Positions 1 to 12,838 of a stretch of DNA of 64,000 nucleotides are shown piece after piece. Origin of the DNA: Octopus vulgaris (lineage: Eukaryota); the NCBI GenBank assembly GCA_951406725.2, contig OX597829.1:4340001-4404000 (forward strand), in the 5' to 3' direction. The notes below the pieces were generated by a model. It did not search any database, was not told the DNA's origin, and worked only from the letters and a program-made list of their open reading frames with translations. Made by a program: the position numbers and the translations under genes. The first letter of the stretch is position 1, and the number at the start of each line of letters is the position of its first letter.

Positions 1-239
1 TTCACTTTAACAATAAAAATAATAATAACAATTGAATTATATGTAGTAAGTAATATTTAAAATCAAACTAAAGTATAATATAATCGTAACATTAAAAAAA
101 GTAAAAATAGCATTTGGTATAAAATTGCATCAATGACTTGAACTTGAATAAGTGGTTTCACATGAATGGGAATAAATTGAAAATAAAATTAGCGGGCAGA
201 AATGGAATAGCCCAGATGGATAATAAAAAATTAAATCAA

Positions 240-606
240 AAGACTATTGTCTATAAAGTATACAATGTAGAGAAAAAAGAAGATTTGAACACATGGAGGA
301 AAGCACCTTCGAAAAGTGTCTTGGTGCGACTATGAAAGGTATCTAATCAGAGTCGGTAAATTCGCCACAATAGAAGCAATGTTCGAGTCAACGGAGCGTG
401 CAAGGGAGTACTCGACTCGAACTTGCAAAGTGGAAATATTTTATTTTTACCTTTGTATCTGGGACGTAGGACGTCCCGGAAAAAATTAAAATGCCCCCCA
501 CCCCAGAAGTAGAGGTAGGCTGGATTGTAGCCACACTTCTATACAAGAGGGAGGACAAGATACAATTGATCGAAATTACAAGAGACGGGCTAACAATTCC
601 AGTCTG
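240..606 (+). pseudogene. Decayed Tx1-like LINE ORF1 fragment (duplicate at ~1650-2017)
   Basis: The translation LFLPLYLGRRTSRKKLKMPPTPEVEVGWIVATLLYKREDKIQLIEIT aligns by eye with VLLSTYMGRRTARVRINDVPPEIEAGEGVSALLYNRTDKITFLQIT in ORF1 at 28115. TIVYKVY also resembles TLVYKTY. Confidence 0.75.
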
Positions 607-776
607 TTATATATTTTGAGTATAGTTATCACTAGCGATATCAAGATATAACTTTGTATTTTGTATTTTATGTGTAGATGTATATATATAGATGTACATG
701 TAATATGTACACATATATATACACATATATACATGTACTAGCACTATGACCCGGCAACGACGGGTCTTTAATGCTA

Positions 777-815
<39 letters not shown>

Positions 816-1046
816 GGATTCGGTGTGTGGTAAGTAGCTTGCTTACCAACCACATGGTACTGGGTTCAGTCCCACTGCGTGGCACCTTTGGCAAGTGTCT
901 TCTGCTATAGCCTCGGGCCGACCAAAGCCTTGTGAGTGGATTTGGTAGACGGAAACTCCGAAAGACGCCCGTCTTATATATATATATAATTTACAAGTAA
1001 GGGCAGAAGAAAAATTTAATGTCGCCGAAACAAAAAATGTCTAACC

Positions 1047-1350
1047 TGTCTGTCTGTGTGTTTCCCTAAAACTTGAGAACTACACAACCAATTTCATTCA
1101 AATTTTACACATGCCTTACTTAGGGTCCGGGGAGTGTCATCGGCAAAAAAATTTTGAACTTTTTGCCTAGGGCGAGCCCATAGCAATATCATATCTTCTC
1201 CACTACGATTCCCTAAAACTTGAGAACTACACAACCAATTCCATTCAAATTTTACACATGCCTTACTTAGGGTCCATGTAGTTTTATGGGCAAAAAAATG
1301 TTCAACTTCTGCCTAGAGTGAGCCCATAGCAATATCATATCTTCTCCACT
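1047..1350 (+). repeat. Unclassified repeat fragment (possibly a Helitron-like 5' part) with an internal ~145 bp tandem duplication
   Basis: ttccctaaaacttgagaactacacaaccaatt...gcaatatcatatcttctccacta occurs at ~1062-1205 and ~1209-1350. Confidence 0.5.
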
Positions 1351-2187
1351 ATTTCAGTATTACGTGATAAAAGTTAAACAAAAACATTTCTCTATTTTAT
1401 GTCAGATGCTTTCACTTTAACAATAAAAATAATAATAACAATTGAATTATATGTAGTAAGTAATATTTAAAATCAAACTAAAGTATAATATAATCGTAAC
1501 ATTAAAAAAAGTAAAAATAGCATTTGGTATAAAATTGCATCAATGACTTGAACTTGAATAAGTGGTTTCACATGAATGGGAATAAATTGAAAATAAAATT
1601 AGCGGGCAGAAATGGAATAGCCCAGATGGATAATAAAAAATTAAATCAAAAGACTATTGTCTATAAAGTATACAATGTAGAGAAAAAAGAAGATTTGAAC
1701 ACATGGAGGAAAGCACCTTCGAAAAGTGTCTTGGTGCGACTATGAAAGGTATCTAATCAGAGTCGGTAAATTCGCCACAATAGAAGCAATGTTCGAGTCA
1801 ACGGAGCGTGCAAGGGAGTACTCGACTCGAACTTGCAAAGTGGAAATATTTTATTTTTACCTTTGTATCTGGGACGTAGGACGTCCCGGAAAAAATTAAA
1901 AATGCCCCCCACCCCAGAAGTAGAGGTAGGCTGGATTGTAGCCACACTTCTATACAAGAGGGAGGACAAGATACAATTGATCGAAATTACAAGAGACGGG
2001 CTAACAATTCCAGTCTGTTATATATTTTGAGTATAGTTATCACTAGCGATATCAAGATATAACTTTGTATTTTGTATTTTATGTGTAGATGTATATATAT
2101 AGATGTACATGTAATATGTACACATATATATACACATATATACATGTACTAGCACTATGACCCGGCAACGACGGGTCTTTAATGCTA

Positions 2188-2232
<45 letters not shown>

Positions 2233-2400
2233 GGATTCGGTGTGTGGTAAGTAGCTTGCTTACCAACCACATGGTACTGGGTTCAGTCCCACTGCGTGGC
2301 ACCTTTGGCAAGTGTCTTCTGCAATAGCCTCGGGCCGACCAAAGCCTTGTGAGTGGATTTGGTAGACGGAAACTGAAAGACGCCCGTCTTATATATATAT

Positions 2401-2894
2401 ATAATTTACAAGATAAGGGCAGAAGAAAAATTCTAATGCCAGATACGCCGAAACAAAAAATTGTCGATAACCATTAAATTTATGCGTCTCGAAACAAACC
2501 GATAGAAATCTCTAAAAAATTCGTTATTACCGGGACTGCTCGGGACTTGGTGCTTGCTTCTTCCATGGGTATGAATAAGTATTTCATTTATATCTCGCGT
2601 ATGTGCCGCTGAAGAGGGGAAATTTCTTGTGAATTAACCCCGAAATTGGACCAATACGGTAATAACGAATTTTTTAGAGATTTCTATCGGTTTGTTTCGA
2701 GACGCATAAATTTAATCGACAATTTAATCGACGCATAAATTTAATCGACAATTTTTTGTTTCGGCGTATCTGGCATTAGAATTTTTCTTCTGCCCTTATC
2801 TTGTAAATTATGTATAAATTTTACCTTTAAAGGCATTTTTTGATATGCTGGCCGTTGATAAAATTTTTTTCCGAAAAAATTTTTATCCTATATC

Positions 2895-2897
<3 letters not shown>
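2401..2897 (+). mobile_element. Penelope-like pLTR remnant with ~130 bp inverted repeat arms (2401-2532 / 2657-2811) and a hammerhead
   Basis: The arms are reverse complements of each other. A hammerhead lies in the loop and the element is bounded by (TA)n. A related minus-strand copy is at ~25447-25797. Confidence 0.6.
2604..2661 (+). ncRNA. Type I hammerhead ribozyme, canonical core
   Basis: TGCCG-CTGAAGA-GGGG(18 nt loop)CCCC-GAAA-TTGG a CCAA-TA-CGGTA. Stems I, II and III all pair, and the CUGANGA, GAAA and UH core elements are intact. Confidence 0.8.
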
Positions 2898-2987
<90 letters not shown>

Positions 2988-3273
2988 CATGTATGTATAT
3001 ATGTATATGTGTGTATGTTTGTGTGTCTGTGTTTGTCCGCCCAACATCGTCAATTAGCCCTTCGGCAAGAGATATCGATGAAATAAGTACTAGGCTTACA
3101 AAGAATAAGTCCTGGGGTCGATTTGCTCGGCCAATGTCGGTGCTCCAGCATGGCCGCAGTGAAATGACTGAAATAAATAGAGGAAAAAAGAAAGAAACTA
3201 TATGTATTTATATTATATATATATTATATATATATTAAATACTAAATAGGAAATATACATAGTAGATATCATA

Positions 3274-3692
3274 CCTATTTTTTATTGCCCACAAGGGGCT
3301 AAACATAGAGAGGACAAACAAGGAGAGACAAACGGATTAAATCGATTACATCGATCCCGGTGCGTAACTAGTACTTATTTAATTGACCCCCCGAAAGGAT
3401 GAAAGGCAAAGTCGACCTCGGCGGAATTTGAACTCACAACGTAGCGGCAGACGAAATACCTATTTCTTTACTACCCACAGGGGCTAAACACAAGAGAGGA
3501 CAAACGAGGACAGACAAAGGAATTAAGTGGATTACATCGACGCCAGTGCGTAACTGGTACTTAAGTTATCTACCCCGAAAGGATGAAAGGCAAAGTCGAC
3601 CTCGGTGGAATTTGAACTCAGAACGTAACGGCAGACGAAATACGGCTACACATTTCGCCCGGCGTGCTAACGTTTCTGCCAGCTCACTGCCT
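3274..3692 (-). mobile_element. SINE family B (tRNA-like head, Meta/MESC-like central domain), head plus two tandem bodies
   Basis: The minus strand reads gagctggcagaaacgttagcacgccggg...ggtcgactttgcctttcatcctttcgggg...aagtaccag...agccccttgtgggcaataaa. The same family recurs at 3935, 53282, 53466 and 61586. Confidence 0.8.
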
Positions 3693-3934
3693 TATATACA
3701 TAGTAGATATCATACCTTCATACCTAAAGTTTACACGGGTAGAGTAGAATAGTTTGTGGGCTGTTATGTAGATAGATGTATGTATGAGTATGTGTGGGGG
3801 GAGGGGGTTGGTCTAAGATCTATTTAAAATGTGAAGGAGAAATGTTTTGATGGAAAGGCAAATACTAATAGCTAGCACCCTTGTTCACATTTGCCTGTCT
3901 ACTGAGATTTTTCCCTTCCATGGATCGTCTCTCT

Positions 3935-4102
3935 TTACGTTCTGAGTTCAAATTCCGCCTAGGTCGACTTTGCCTTTCATCGTTTCGGGGTCGATAAATT
4001 AAGTACCAGTTACGCACTGGGGTCGATATAATCGACTTAATCCCTTTGTTTGTCCTTGTTTGTCCCTTCTATGTTTACCCCTATGTGGGCAATAAAGAAA
4101 TA
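3935..4102 (+). mobile_element. SINE family B, 5'-truncated
   Basis: ttacgttctgagttcaaattccgcc...gggcaataaagaaata. Confidence 0.8.
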
Positions 4103-4106
4103 AGCA

Positions 4107-4757
4107 TTGGGTTGTCCGTTGAGTCCATAAAATAGAATTTGACTACACCTCAATTTAGAGCACAGTTTAAGCTATCTTTTCGTGGAAGAAGGTTTATGTT
4201 CCTATTACCTGTGTTAATTCTGTAACCCTTTAAAATGGAAGATAAGAAAGCTCATATTCAGCACTTGATTCTTTGGGAACTAGACAAAAATTGGTGCAGC
4301 TCGACTGGGATGTGTTACCCCACCCTCCACATTCACCAGATATTGCTCCTTCGGATTTCTACTTATTCAGGTCTCTGCAGAATAGTCTTAATGGTTAAAA
4401 TTTAAATTCCTTGGATGACATAAAAAGATACCTTGATTAATTCTTTGCCATAAAACCACCTCAATTCTGAGAAGAGGGTATTTTCAAGTTAAAGGAAAGA
4501 TGGAACGCATTGTGCAAGAAAATGGTTCATATTTGGTTGATTAAAACTGTAATGGCAAGTATTTATTTACCTTGATGAATTCTTTGCCATGAAACCACCT
4601 CAATTCTGAGAAGAGGGTATTTTCAAGTTAAAGGAAAGATGGAGACGCATTGTGCAAGAAAATAGTTCGTGTTTGGTTGATTAAAACTGTAATGGCAAGT
4701 ATTTATTGACCTTTTTCTTTCCTTTAAAAATCGGCACGAACCTTCCAGATAACCCAA
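4107..4757 (+). mobile_element. Internally deleted non-autonomous mariner (Tc1/mariner) element
   Basis: TIR-like ends ttgggttgtccg ... cagataacccaa+TA. Residual transposase N-terminus MEDKKAHIQHLILWE is fused to WDVLPHPPHSPDIAPSDFYLFRSLQNSL, which carries the mariner YSPDLAPSD motif. Confidence 0.9.
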
Positions 4758-5696
4758 TATCTTCCGCGACTTTGAATGACCCGGTTATCAAACTGAAGAA
4801 CAAACGTACGAAAATGGATGCGAAAACCTATAACATTGGAAACTTCCGGTTTGCTACGTGGGGGAAATCTAGAAAAATGCAAATAAACCTGTTTGTTCTG
4901 CTTTAATTATTCATTTTATTCTTCGTTTTACAACCGTTTCATCTCCCGTTTAAAATTGAATTTCCTTCAGTGGTGTCCAAATAAAAACACAAACGTGTTT
5001 ATAACGAGGCCTTTGATAAGAAAACAAGCAAGGCGAGACAAAATTAAAGAAATGAATATAAATTTTATTATCCTCGGTAACGATTTTGCGGCAAATATCA
5101 AATGAAACAGAATAAATATGTTATAAAGAACGTTCTTGGTGATAATTAAATTGTGATTATTGTGAATTGAGTTAATGATATATATTAAAAATTGTTTAAT
5201 GAGTGAAATTTCTCCGTACCAGATAAACTTAGTTAATTATTCTCTCATTAGAAGGGTGTCTGATAATGTATATATTCCGATGAGGGGTCGACGGTATTAA
5301 AATTTAACCGGAGACTTGAATCTGTGCGGAAATATATAAATGTATGGTGCAGGCGTGGTTGTGTAGTATGACGATGGCTTCCCAACCACATGGTTCCGGA
5401 TTCAGTCCCACTGCGTGGTAATTTGGACAAATGGTTTCTACTATAGCATCGGCCCGACTAAAGCCTTGTGAGTGGATTTGGTAGTCGGAAACTGAAAGAA
5501 GCCCGCAGCCGAAATTGCGAGGATGATCCGGTTCTTGATTGAAGATTGAAGGCTTCGAATGTCCCGTCAGTGTTTTTTTGTATCGTCTTCTAAATGTTTT
5601 GCGTTCTTGTCCCAGTTTGTATTTTGTATATATATATACGACGGTCTTTCAGAAGAAGTAGAAGAAGAAGAAGAAGAAGAAGAAGAAGAAGAAGAA

Positions 5697-5742
<46 letters not shown>

Positions 5743-6327
5743 GAGGAGGATGATCAGGAGGAGGAGGAGGAGAAGTAGAAAAAGAAGAAGAAGAAGAATA
5801 AGAAGAAGAAGAAAAAGAAGAAGAAGGAAGGGGATGAGGATGAGGAGAAGAAGAAGAAGAAGAAGAAGAAGAAGGAGGGGGATGAGGATGAGGAGAAGAA
5901 GAAGAAGAATATGTACCCTCAATGTGAAGTAGGGGTCTATAGATGAAACGGTAAAAGGGCAGACGACCCTTTTGTTTTTTAGAGTGTAATTTTGGTGTTT
6001 TGTTTTGTGCGACGCGCCGGTTACACATGTTAAAACGATTTGTGACAGGCCATTTATTTTATACCTTCTAATGAAACGAACAGGATCAGATTGGGTTCAG
6101 TTGGTGATGTCACGGGTGGAGAGGGGGAAGTGGACGCTGGTGGTGGAGGTTACACGCATGGCTGGTTGCGGCGTTTGACGGTAGTCTAGAAAATGTCACG
6201 ACCACTTAGCACTCTTTAACACACAAACTTCGTCCCTTTTTCTCTCACTCACACAAATAGATAGATAGATAGCTAAGTAGATAGATAGATAGACAGATAG
6301 ATAGATAGATGGATAGATAGATAGATA

Positions 6328-6880
6328 TGTTTCTTTATTAGCCACACAGGGCTGCACACAGATAGAACAAATTACAAGGTAGAGCTTTTCTTTTGAAGGG
6401 TTAGAAAAAAAAAAAAAAAAAAAAGGAAGGGGGAGTTTCGATCAAAAGGGATCGTAAAAGGAGAGAAAGAGGACAAAAAAGGGGGTTAAAAAAAAAGGGG
6501 GAGGAAAAAAAATTGATCAATAGGGATCGTTATCACAGAAATGTCAATATGAAGTGTAAAAGGGAGGACAGGTGAGGTTTACCCGTGGAAAGAAAAGCCT
6601 ACGGAAAAGACCACGGTAACCTCGGTCAATGAAGTCACATTTTATATTTCTTTTTTTTTTTTTTTTTTTTGCAAATAAGCAACTCTCTGTTTTCGATTTC
6701 TGGGTTCATAGGACTATGCTCAAGGTGGCTTCGTCATTCATACGTGCCATTCTTGCTACATTCACCCATCTTTTTAAAACATTCGCTAGACAAAACTTGC
6801 CTCTCTACTCTCACTTTCCTTTTCAAGTGGTACTTGAAGAAGTTGATGAGAGATTGACCAGAGAGGAAAGTGTTTGTCTC
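6328..6880 (-). mobile_element. 5'-truncated Tx1-like LINE (ORF2 C-terminus + 3'UTR) inside (GATA)n
   Basis: The minus strand encodes ...[36 protein letters not shown]..., and the 3' end is cagccctgtgtggctaataaagaaaca. GATA repeats flank both sides. Confidence 0.85.
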
Positions 6881-6958
<78 letters not shown>

Positions 6959-7150
6959 CAGATAGATAGATAGATGGATAGATAGACAAACAGATAGATA
7001 AACAGATAGGTAAACAGATAGATAGATAGATTGGTAGGTAGGCAGATAGCTAGCTAGCTAGCTAGATAGCTAGGTAGGTGGATAGATAGATAGATAGATA
7101 GGTAGGTAGGTAGGTAGGTAGGTAGGTAGGTAGGTAGGTAGGTAGGTAGG

Positions 7151-7233
<83 letters not shown>

Positions 7234-7308
7234 ATGGGTTGGTAGATTGATTGGCAGAGCGGTAGGTGGGTAGATAGATAGGCAGATAGGTAGGTAGGTA
7301 GATAGATA

Positions 7309-7828
7309 TGTTTCTTTATTAGCCACACAGGGCTACACACAGACGGGACAGATTACAAAGTAGAGCTTTTCTTTTTGGAGGAGAGAAAAAAAAAGTTGGG
7401 TTAGGTTTTCGATCAAAAGGGATCGTAAAAGGGAAAGAAAAAAAACGATCAATAGGGATCGTGTATCACAGAAATGTCATGATGTAAAGTGTAAAGGGGG
7501 AAGCAGATAAGGTTTATCCGTGGAAAGAAAACGCTACGGAAAAGAGCACGGTAACCTCGGTCAATAATTTTATGTTACCACATTTGTTTTCAAGTAGGTA
7601 ACCCTCTGTTTTAAATTTTTCCGGGTTCATAGGATCATGTTCAAAGTGGCTTCGTCATTCATACGTGCCATTCTTGTCACATTCACCCATCTTTTTTTGA
7701 AACATTCGCTAGACAAAAGTTGCCTCTCTACTCTCACTTTCCTTTTCAAGTGATACTTGAAGAAGTTGATGAGAGATTGACCAGAGAGGAAAATGTTTGT
7801 CTCCAATCCTTTCAGACGCGTCCAGGTT
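7309..7828 (-). mobile_element. 5'-truncated Tx1-like LINE inside (GATA)n
   Basis: ORF 7627-8061 contains [34 protein letters not shown]. The 3'UTR matches the 6328 copy, and GATA repeats flank both sides. Confidence 0.85.
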
Positions 7829-7962
<134 letters not shown>

Positions 7963-8540
7963 CAGATAGCTAGATAGATGGATTGATTGATAGGTAGACA
8001 GATAAATAGGTAGATAAATATAAATAGAGATAGATAAATAGAAACAGATAGATAATTTCAAATTAATAATAAAAGAGTAAAATTAATCAATTATTTAGGC
8101 ATTCTTTCGATATATAGGCGTAGGAGTGGCTGTGTGGTAAGTAGCTTGCTTACCAACCACATGATTCCAGGTTCAGTCCCACTGCGTGGCACCTTGGGCA
8201 AGTGTCTTCTACTATAGCCTCGGGCCGACCAAAGCCTTGTGAGTGGATTTGGTAGACGGAAACTGAAAGAAGCCCGCCGTATACATGTATATATATATAT
8301 ATGTGACAGTAGGGGGTTACACCACCACTAGGAAGCATCGACGCTTCCTGATGGCTTTGACGTCACGTTCACGTTAGATTGACAGTATACAACCATTCTA
8401 TCGCCCCACCACCATCTCTATGAGTGATTTAGAAATTTAATATTTCTGATTTTGGTAATCAGTGAATAAGCTTCACTGAAAATTAGATATATACATTTGC
8501 GGATCGGGACAGATATTCGCGGCTGACGGGCGTCGGCTAC

Positions 8541-8587
8541 TCTAGACCGATGAAGGACAATGATCCTGAAACATGCGTGTCTCTAGA
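8541..8587 (+). ncRNA. Type I hammerhead-like motif with a U4C core
   Basis: TCTAGA-CCGATGA-AGGA caatga TCCT-GAAA-CAT gc GTG-TC-TCTAGA. It lies within a unit carrying inverted (8303-8361/8656-8724) and direct (8362-8399/8720-8757) repeats. Confidence 0.7.
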
Positions 8588-8944
8588 TGCAGGCCTGGCT
8601 GCTGGGGGTGTTTGTCTCCCCTTCGTAAATGTATAGAAGGACACAGGAATAATGTGTCAAAGCCATCAGGAAGCGTCGATGCTTCCTATGGCTAAACAGC
8701 GGTGGTGTAACCCCCTACTGTCACGTTCACGTTAGATTGACAGTATACAACCATTCTTTATGTATATATTTATATAAATCAATAGGTTTAAGCAACAAGT
8801 TGCTTACCCACATACCGAAAATTTAGAAATAGCAGTCAAAGAGCGCTTATTCCTATTTACTACGGATATAGCTCCACATATAACATTACTTGTAACTCAT
8901 ATATGCAAAGAGAAGGGGAAAAAACGAAAACAGTCTTCGGTCAG

Positions 8945-9001
8945 TTGTTGACGCATTTCTGGATTAGAATTATAAAGAACTCATTTCCGTCCTCAGCACA
9001 A
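8945..9001 (-). ncRNA. Hammerhead-like motif, slightly degenerate
   Basis: The minus strand reads ttgtg-CTGAGGA-cGGA...TCCa-GAAA-tgcg-TC-aacaa, between ~37 bp inverted repeats at 8786-8823 and 8999-9037. Confidence 0.5.
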
Positions 9002-9155
9002 TTTTCAGTATGTGGCTAAGCAACTTGTTGCTTAACCCTATATATATATATATATAAAATATATATTAGAGATGAAACCACTATTATGCAACTCAATATT
9101 TATTATATATATTATATATATATATATATTATATATTATGTGAATATTATGTATA

Positions 9156-9228
<73 letters not shown>

Positions 9229-9325
9229 ATCCAAATATGAAAACACAAAGAGAAAACACAACAACGCGGGGACGTGGGACAAGTATAGTATTATTGGACG
9301 CTCAAGAAAGAAGGAAAGAAGGAGG

Positions 9326-9360
9326 GCTTAACGTTTCGAGCGGAGCTCTTCGTCAGAAAC
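9326..9360 (-). ncRNA. Minimal hammerhead, family H1 (also 12931-12965 and 18860-18894, minus strand)
   Basis: The minus strand reads GTTT-CTGACGA-a-GAGC tcc GCTC-GAAA-CG-TT-AA(G/A)C. Stem III is reduced to the palindrome ACGT. The motif sits in a ~200 bp repeat that ends at (TA)n. Confidence 0.75.
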
Positions 9361-9570
9361 ATAGGAAAAGGAAAGATCCAAAGAAGGGAAGACGGAGGGA
9401 AAAAATCGCCAACGCTACAGACGCGGTAAATATATATAAAAATACGTAAATTTTCAATAGAAAATCGAACAAAATCCAACAATATATCTTAAAATAAAAA
9501 CACGAAATATCTTATAAAATATATTCTGTTAACTAAATCTTTAAACTAAATACGTTGGATTTATTGTTTA

Positions 9571-9963
9571 CTAGCAGTATCGCCCGGCGTTGCTCGGGTT
9601 TGTTTCAACACTTTCGAATTGGAATTTTTGAAAAATAAAAATTGGCATTATGTAACTTGTTATTCTCTTTAAGTGAACATTTTTCTGGTTGAAATACACC
9701 AAAAAATGGCGACACAGCTGTCAAAACATCGTAAAAAATAGGGATTTTCATAGAAAAAAAGCCCCTTTTTGATGTAAATAATTTTTGGTGTTAACTTGGT
9801 CCGATTTGAACTTTTTCTTCTACGGAAGGAAGAGCAGGCCTTCATCTATCATGCTTTCAAGTTTGGTCAACTTGCGCCGCAGGGTCTCGTAGGAGATAGT
9901 GTTAGTTGACGGCTACAAAACTTGCCATATACAGACAACTTCAGGTTCATATACATACAGAGA
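9571..9963 (-). mobile_element. Non-autonomous Helitron-like element
   Basis: The minus-strand 3' end is cccgagcaacgccgggcgatactgCTAG-t (subterminal hairpin plus CTAG), with a TC/TA-rich 5' end. Other copies are at 18422, 21869 and 22929. Confidence 0.7.
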
Positions 9964-10262
9964 TATATATTACTCTTCTCTCTTTTAGTTGTTTCAGTCA
10001 TTTGACTGCGGCCATGCTGGAGCACCGCCTTTAGTCGAGCAAATCGACCCCGGGACTTATTCTTTGTAAGCCTAGTACTTATTTTGTTGGTCTCTTTTGC
10101 CGAACCGCTAAGTGACGGGGACGTAAACACATCGGCATCGGTTGTCAAGCGATGATGGGGCGGGGAGAACACATAGTAGAAGGTGCGATGCAGTGGGAAT
10201 GATCCCGGAACCAAGTGGTTGGTAGGCAAGCTATTTACCACACAGCCACTCCCACGCCTATA

Positions 10263-10297
<35 letters not shown>

Positions 10298-10390
10298 GTG
10301 GGGAGAGTTTACGAAAAAATCAAAAGACGAAGACAGGTGGTGTACAAAACAAACAGATGTATTAGTATAACGCTCAGGAAGTGAAAAAGT

Positions 10391-10426
10391 CTTTTACGTT
10401 TCGAGCCTACGCTCTTCTACAGAAAG
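10391..10426 (-). ncRNA. Minimal hammerhead, family H2 with an A6U core (also 19359-19394 -, 21021-21056 +, 45379-45416 -, 47765-47802 +)
   Basis: CTTT-CTGTAGA-a-GAGC gtag GCTC-GAAA-CG-TA-AAAG. All stems pair. Confidence 0.7.
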
Positions 10427-11530
10427 GGACACAGAAAAAACCAGGAGAAAAAAAATGTGTGTAGTGGCTAACGATCTATCATGGCGACTAGTGCCGGACA
10501 GAAGGGTCAAACACAGGAAGGAAAGTAGGGGAGATAACAAGGTAAAGATGACCCCCAATACAAAGGTGCGTGTGTGTATAAGAGAGTTTGTATGTGCGTG
10601 TGAAAGTGGGCTGGTGGTCTGGGCGTGGGCGTGTATATATGTGTAGGTGTGAATATGTGGGGATGGGTGTGTGGGTGGTGTGTTGTGATGTGATGTATAA
10701 TGTTGTATGGTGTAGTGTGGTGTGGTGTGATGTTGTTGGGAGGTGGGGAGGCGAGAGTGGGGAAAGCACGGGTTTGGCTGGGGGTTGGGGTAGAGTTGGG
10801 GTTTGTTGGTAGGCAGAGGGTGGGGGTAGAGATTGGGTATGTGGGGGGAATGTGGGTATGTGAGGAGAGAGAGGAGGAGAGAAGAGAGAAAGAGAGTAAG
10901 AGAGACGAGAGAAAGAGAGGGTGAAAGAGTAGGAGAGAAGATATATATATAGTCTTTTAGTCTTTAACTGGTTTGAGTCATTTGAGCAAATCGACTGCAG
11001 GACTTACACTTTGTAAGCCTAGTACTTATTCTATCGGTGTCCTTTGCCGAACTGCTAGGCCGAGACGATAGAGAAAGTATTACGAACGCTATGTGTGTAA
11101 GTATGTACGCATGCATGTATGTGTTCGTAAACACCTAAAAACATTTAATCTTAATACGCACGAATTTCTCTCCACTTCCAAGCCTTAACAATTGCTACCA
11201 CCAAAACCAGCGTTCCCGCCACGACCACCATCATCATCTCTATCCTCAGCAGCAGTCACACAATGGAGATTAATCTCTGTTTGATTTCGTTTGCTTTGTA
11301 CACGTTATTCACTCTGCGCGGGAAAGTCCCTCCGGGTATTTCACACCATCGTCTTCGCTTTGTCAGATTATGCCTAGGTTTTTTGACATACGACTTCCAA
11401 GTATATATACGCTTAAACTATAGGCATAGACACGCAAAAATATATGTATGCATTTATATGTATATATATACGTATATATATGTATATGTATAGTATATAT
11501 ATATATATATACATAGAGAGAGAGAGAGAG

Positions 11531-11700
11531 AGAAGAAGAAGAAGAAGAAGAAGAAGAAGAAGAAGAAGAAGAAGAAGAAGAAGAAGAAGAAGAAGAAGAA
11601 GAAGAAGAAGAAGAAGAAGAAGAAGAAGAAGAAGAAGAAGAAGAAGAAGAAGAAGAAGAAGAAGAAGAAGAAGAAGAAGAAGAAGAAGAAGAAGAAGAAA
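11531..11700 (+). repeat. (GAA)n microsatellite (others at ~5650-5910 and ~51915-52095)
   Basis: Read directly from the sequence. Confidence 0.98.
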
Positions 11701-11853
11701 AGATGGCACTCTGACGCGTGCCGCCTCGTGTACTGCGCCTGCTTAAGATAAACCGTTTACGTCTCAACCTAATTTCACTTTTGTCTTTCTTTCGCCGTGT
11801 CTTGTCTTAGCCGCCATTTTCTTTTTTGATGCTTCCTTTGTGTGTATACATAC

Positions 11854-11957
<104 letters not shown>

Positions 11958-11963
11958 TGTATG

Positions 11964-12029
<66 letters not shown>

Positions 12030-12371
12030 CAGGCGTAGGAGTGGCTGTGTGGTAAGTAACTTGTTTACCAGCCACATGTTTCCGGGTTCAGTCCCACTGC
12101 GTGGCACCTTGGACAAGTATCTTCTACTATTGCCTCGGGCCGACCGAACCCTTATGAGTGGATTTGGTAGACGGAAACTAAAAGAAGTCCGTCGTATATA
12201 TGTATATATGTATGTATGTGTTTGTGTATATGTTGTGTATACGCTTGACAAACGATGCTGGTGTGTTTAAGTCCCCGTAACATATAAGTACTAGGCTTAC
12301 AAAGAATAAGTGCATGGCCGCAGTCAACTGACTGAGAAAATTAAAAGAGTAATAGAGTAAACGAGTATATT

Positions 12372-12588
12372 ACTCTTTTACTCTTTTCTCTTTTACTTGT
12401 TTTACTTATTTGACTGCGGCCATGCTGGAGCACCGCCTTTAGTCGAGCAAATCGCCCCCGAGACTTATTCTTAGTAAGCCCAGTACTTATTCTATGGGTC
12501 TCTTTTGCCGAACCGCTAAGTGACGGGGACGTAAACACACCAGCATCGGTTGTCAGGCAATGCTAGGGGGACAAACACAGACACACAA

Positions 12589-12625
<37 letters not shown>

Positions 12626-12788
12626 CGACAGGCTTCTTTCAGTTTCCGTCTACCAAATCCACTCACAAGGCATTGGTCGGCCCGGGGCTATAGCAGAAGA
12701 CACTTGCCCAAGATGCCACGCAGTGGGACTGAACCCGGAACCATGTGGTTGGTTAGCAAGCTACTTACTACACAGCCACTCCTGCGCC

Positions 12789-12789
<1 letters not shown>
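12372..12789 (-). mobile_element. SINE family A, full length (tRNA-derived head, CORE-like segment, internal TA/CA microsatellite, aaagagt tail)
   Basis: ggcgcaggagtggctgtgtagtaagtagcttgc...ggttccgggttcagtcccactgcgtggcatcttgggcaagtgtcttc...gactaaaggcggtgctccagcatggccgcag. A- and B-box-like motifs are present. About 40 copies or fragments occur in the window, e.g. 818, 2237, 5347, 8117, 9971, 12031, 14226, 14578, 17155, 23667, 26345, 26920, 38910, 43605, 46797, 52462, 52880, 54276, 56007. Confidence 0.9.

Positions 12790-12838
<49 letters not shown>

Larger units (their letters stand above)
1..2472. repeat. Tandem duplication with a period of about 1410 bp (1-~1046 repeated at 1411-~2472)
   Basis: The sequence at 1 (ttcactttaacaataaaaat) recurs at 1411, and the 65-aa ORFs at 138 and 1548 are identical. 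The copies differ by small indels, (TA)n length and a degraded end of copy 1. Confidence 0.95.

Noticed and set aside
11764-11822. Minus-strand AAAATGGCGGCT start (MAAKTRHGERKTKVKLG) as a first coding exon
   Set aside because: There is no convincing splice donor or recognisable protein, and it is equally explained as a YY1-like motif or chance.
12560-12835. Recurrent peptide [32 protein letters not shown], which looks like a multigene family
   Set aside because: It is the antisense translation of the non-coding SINE A head.
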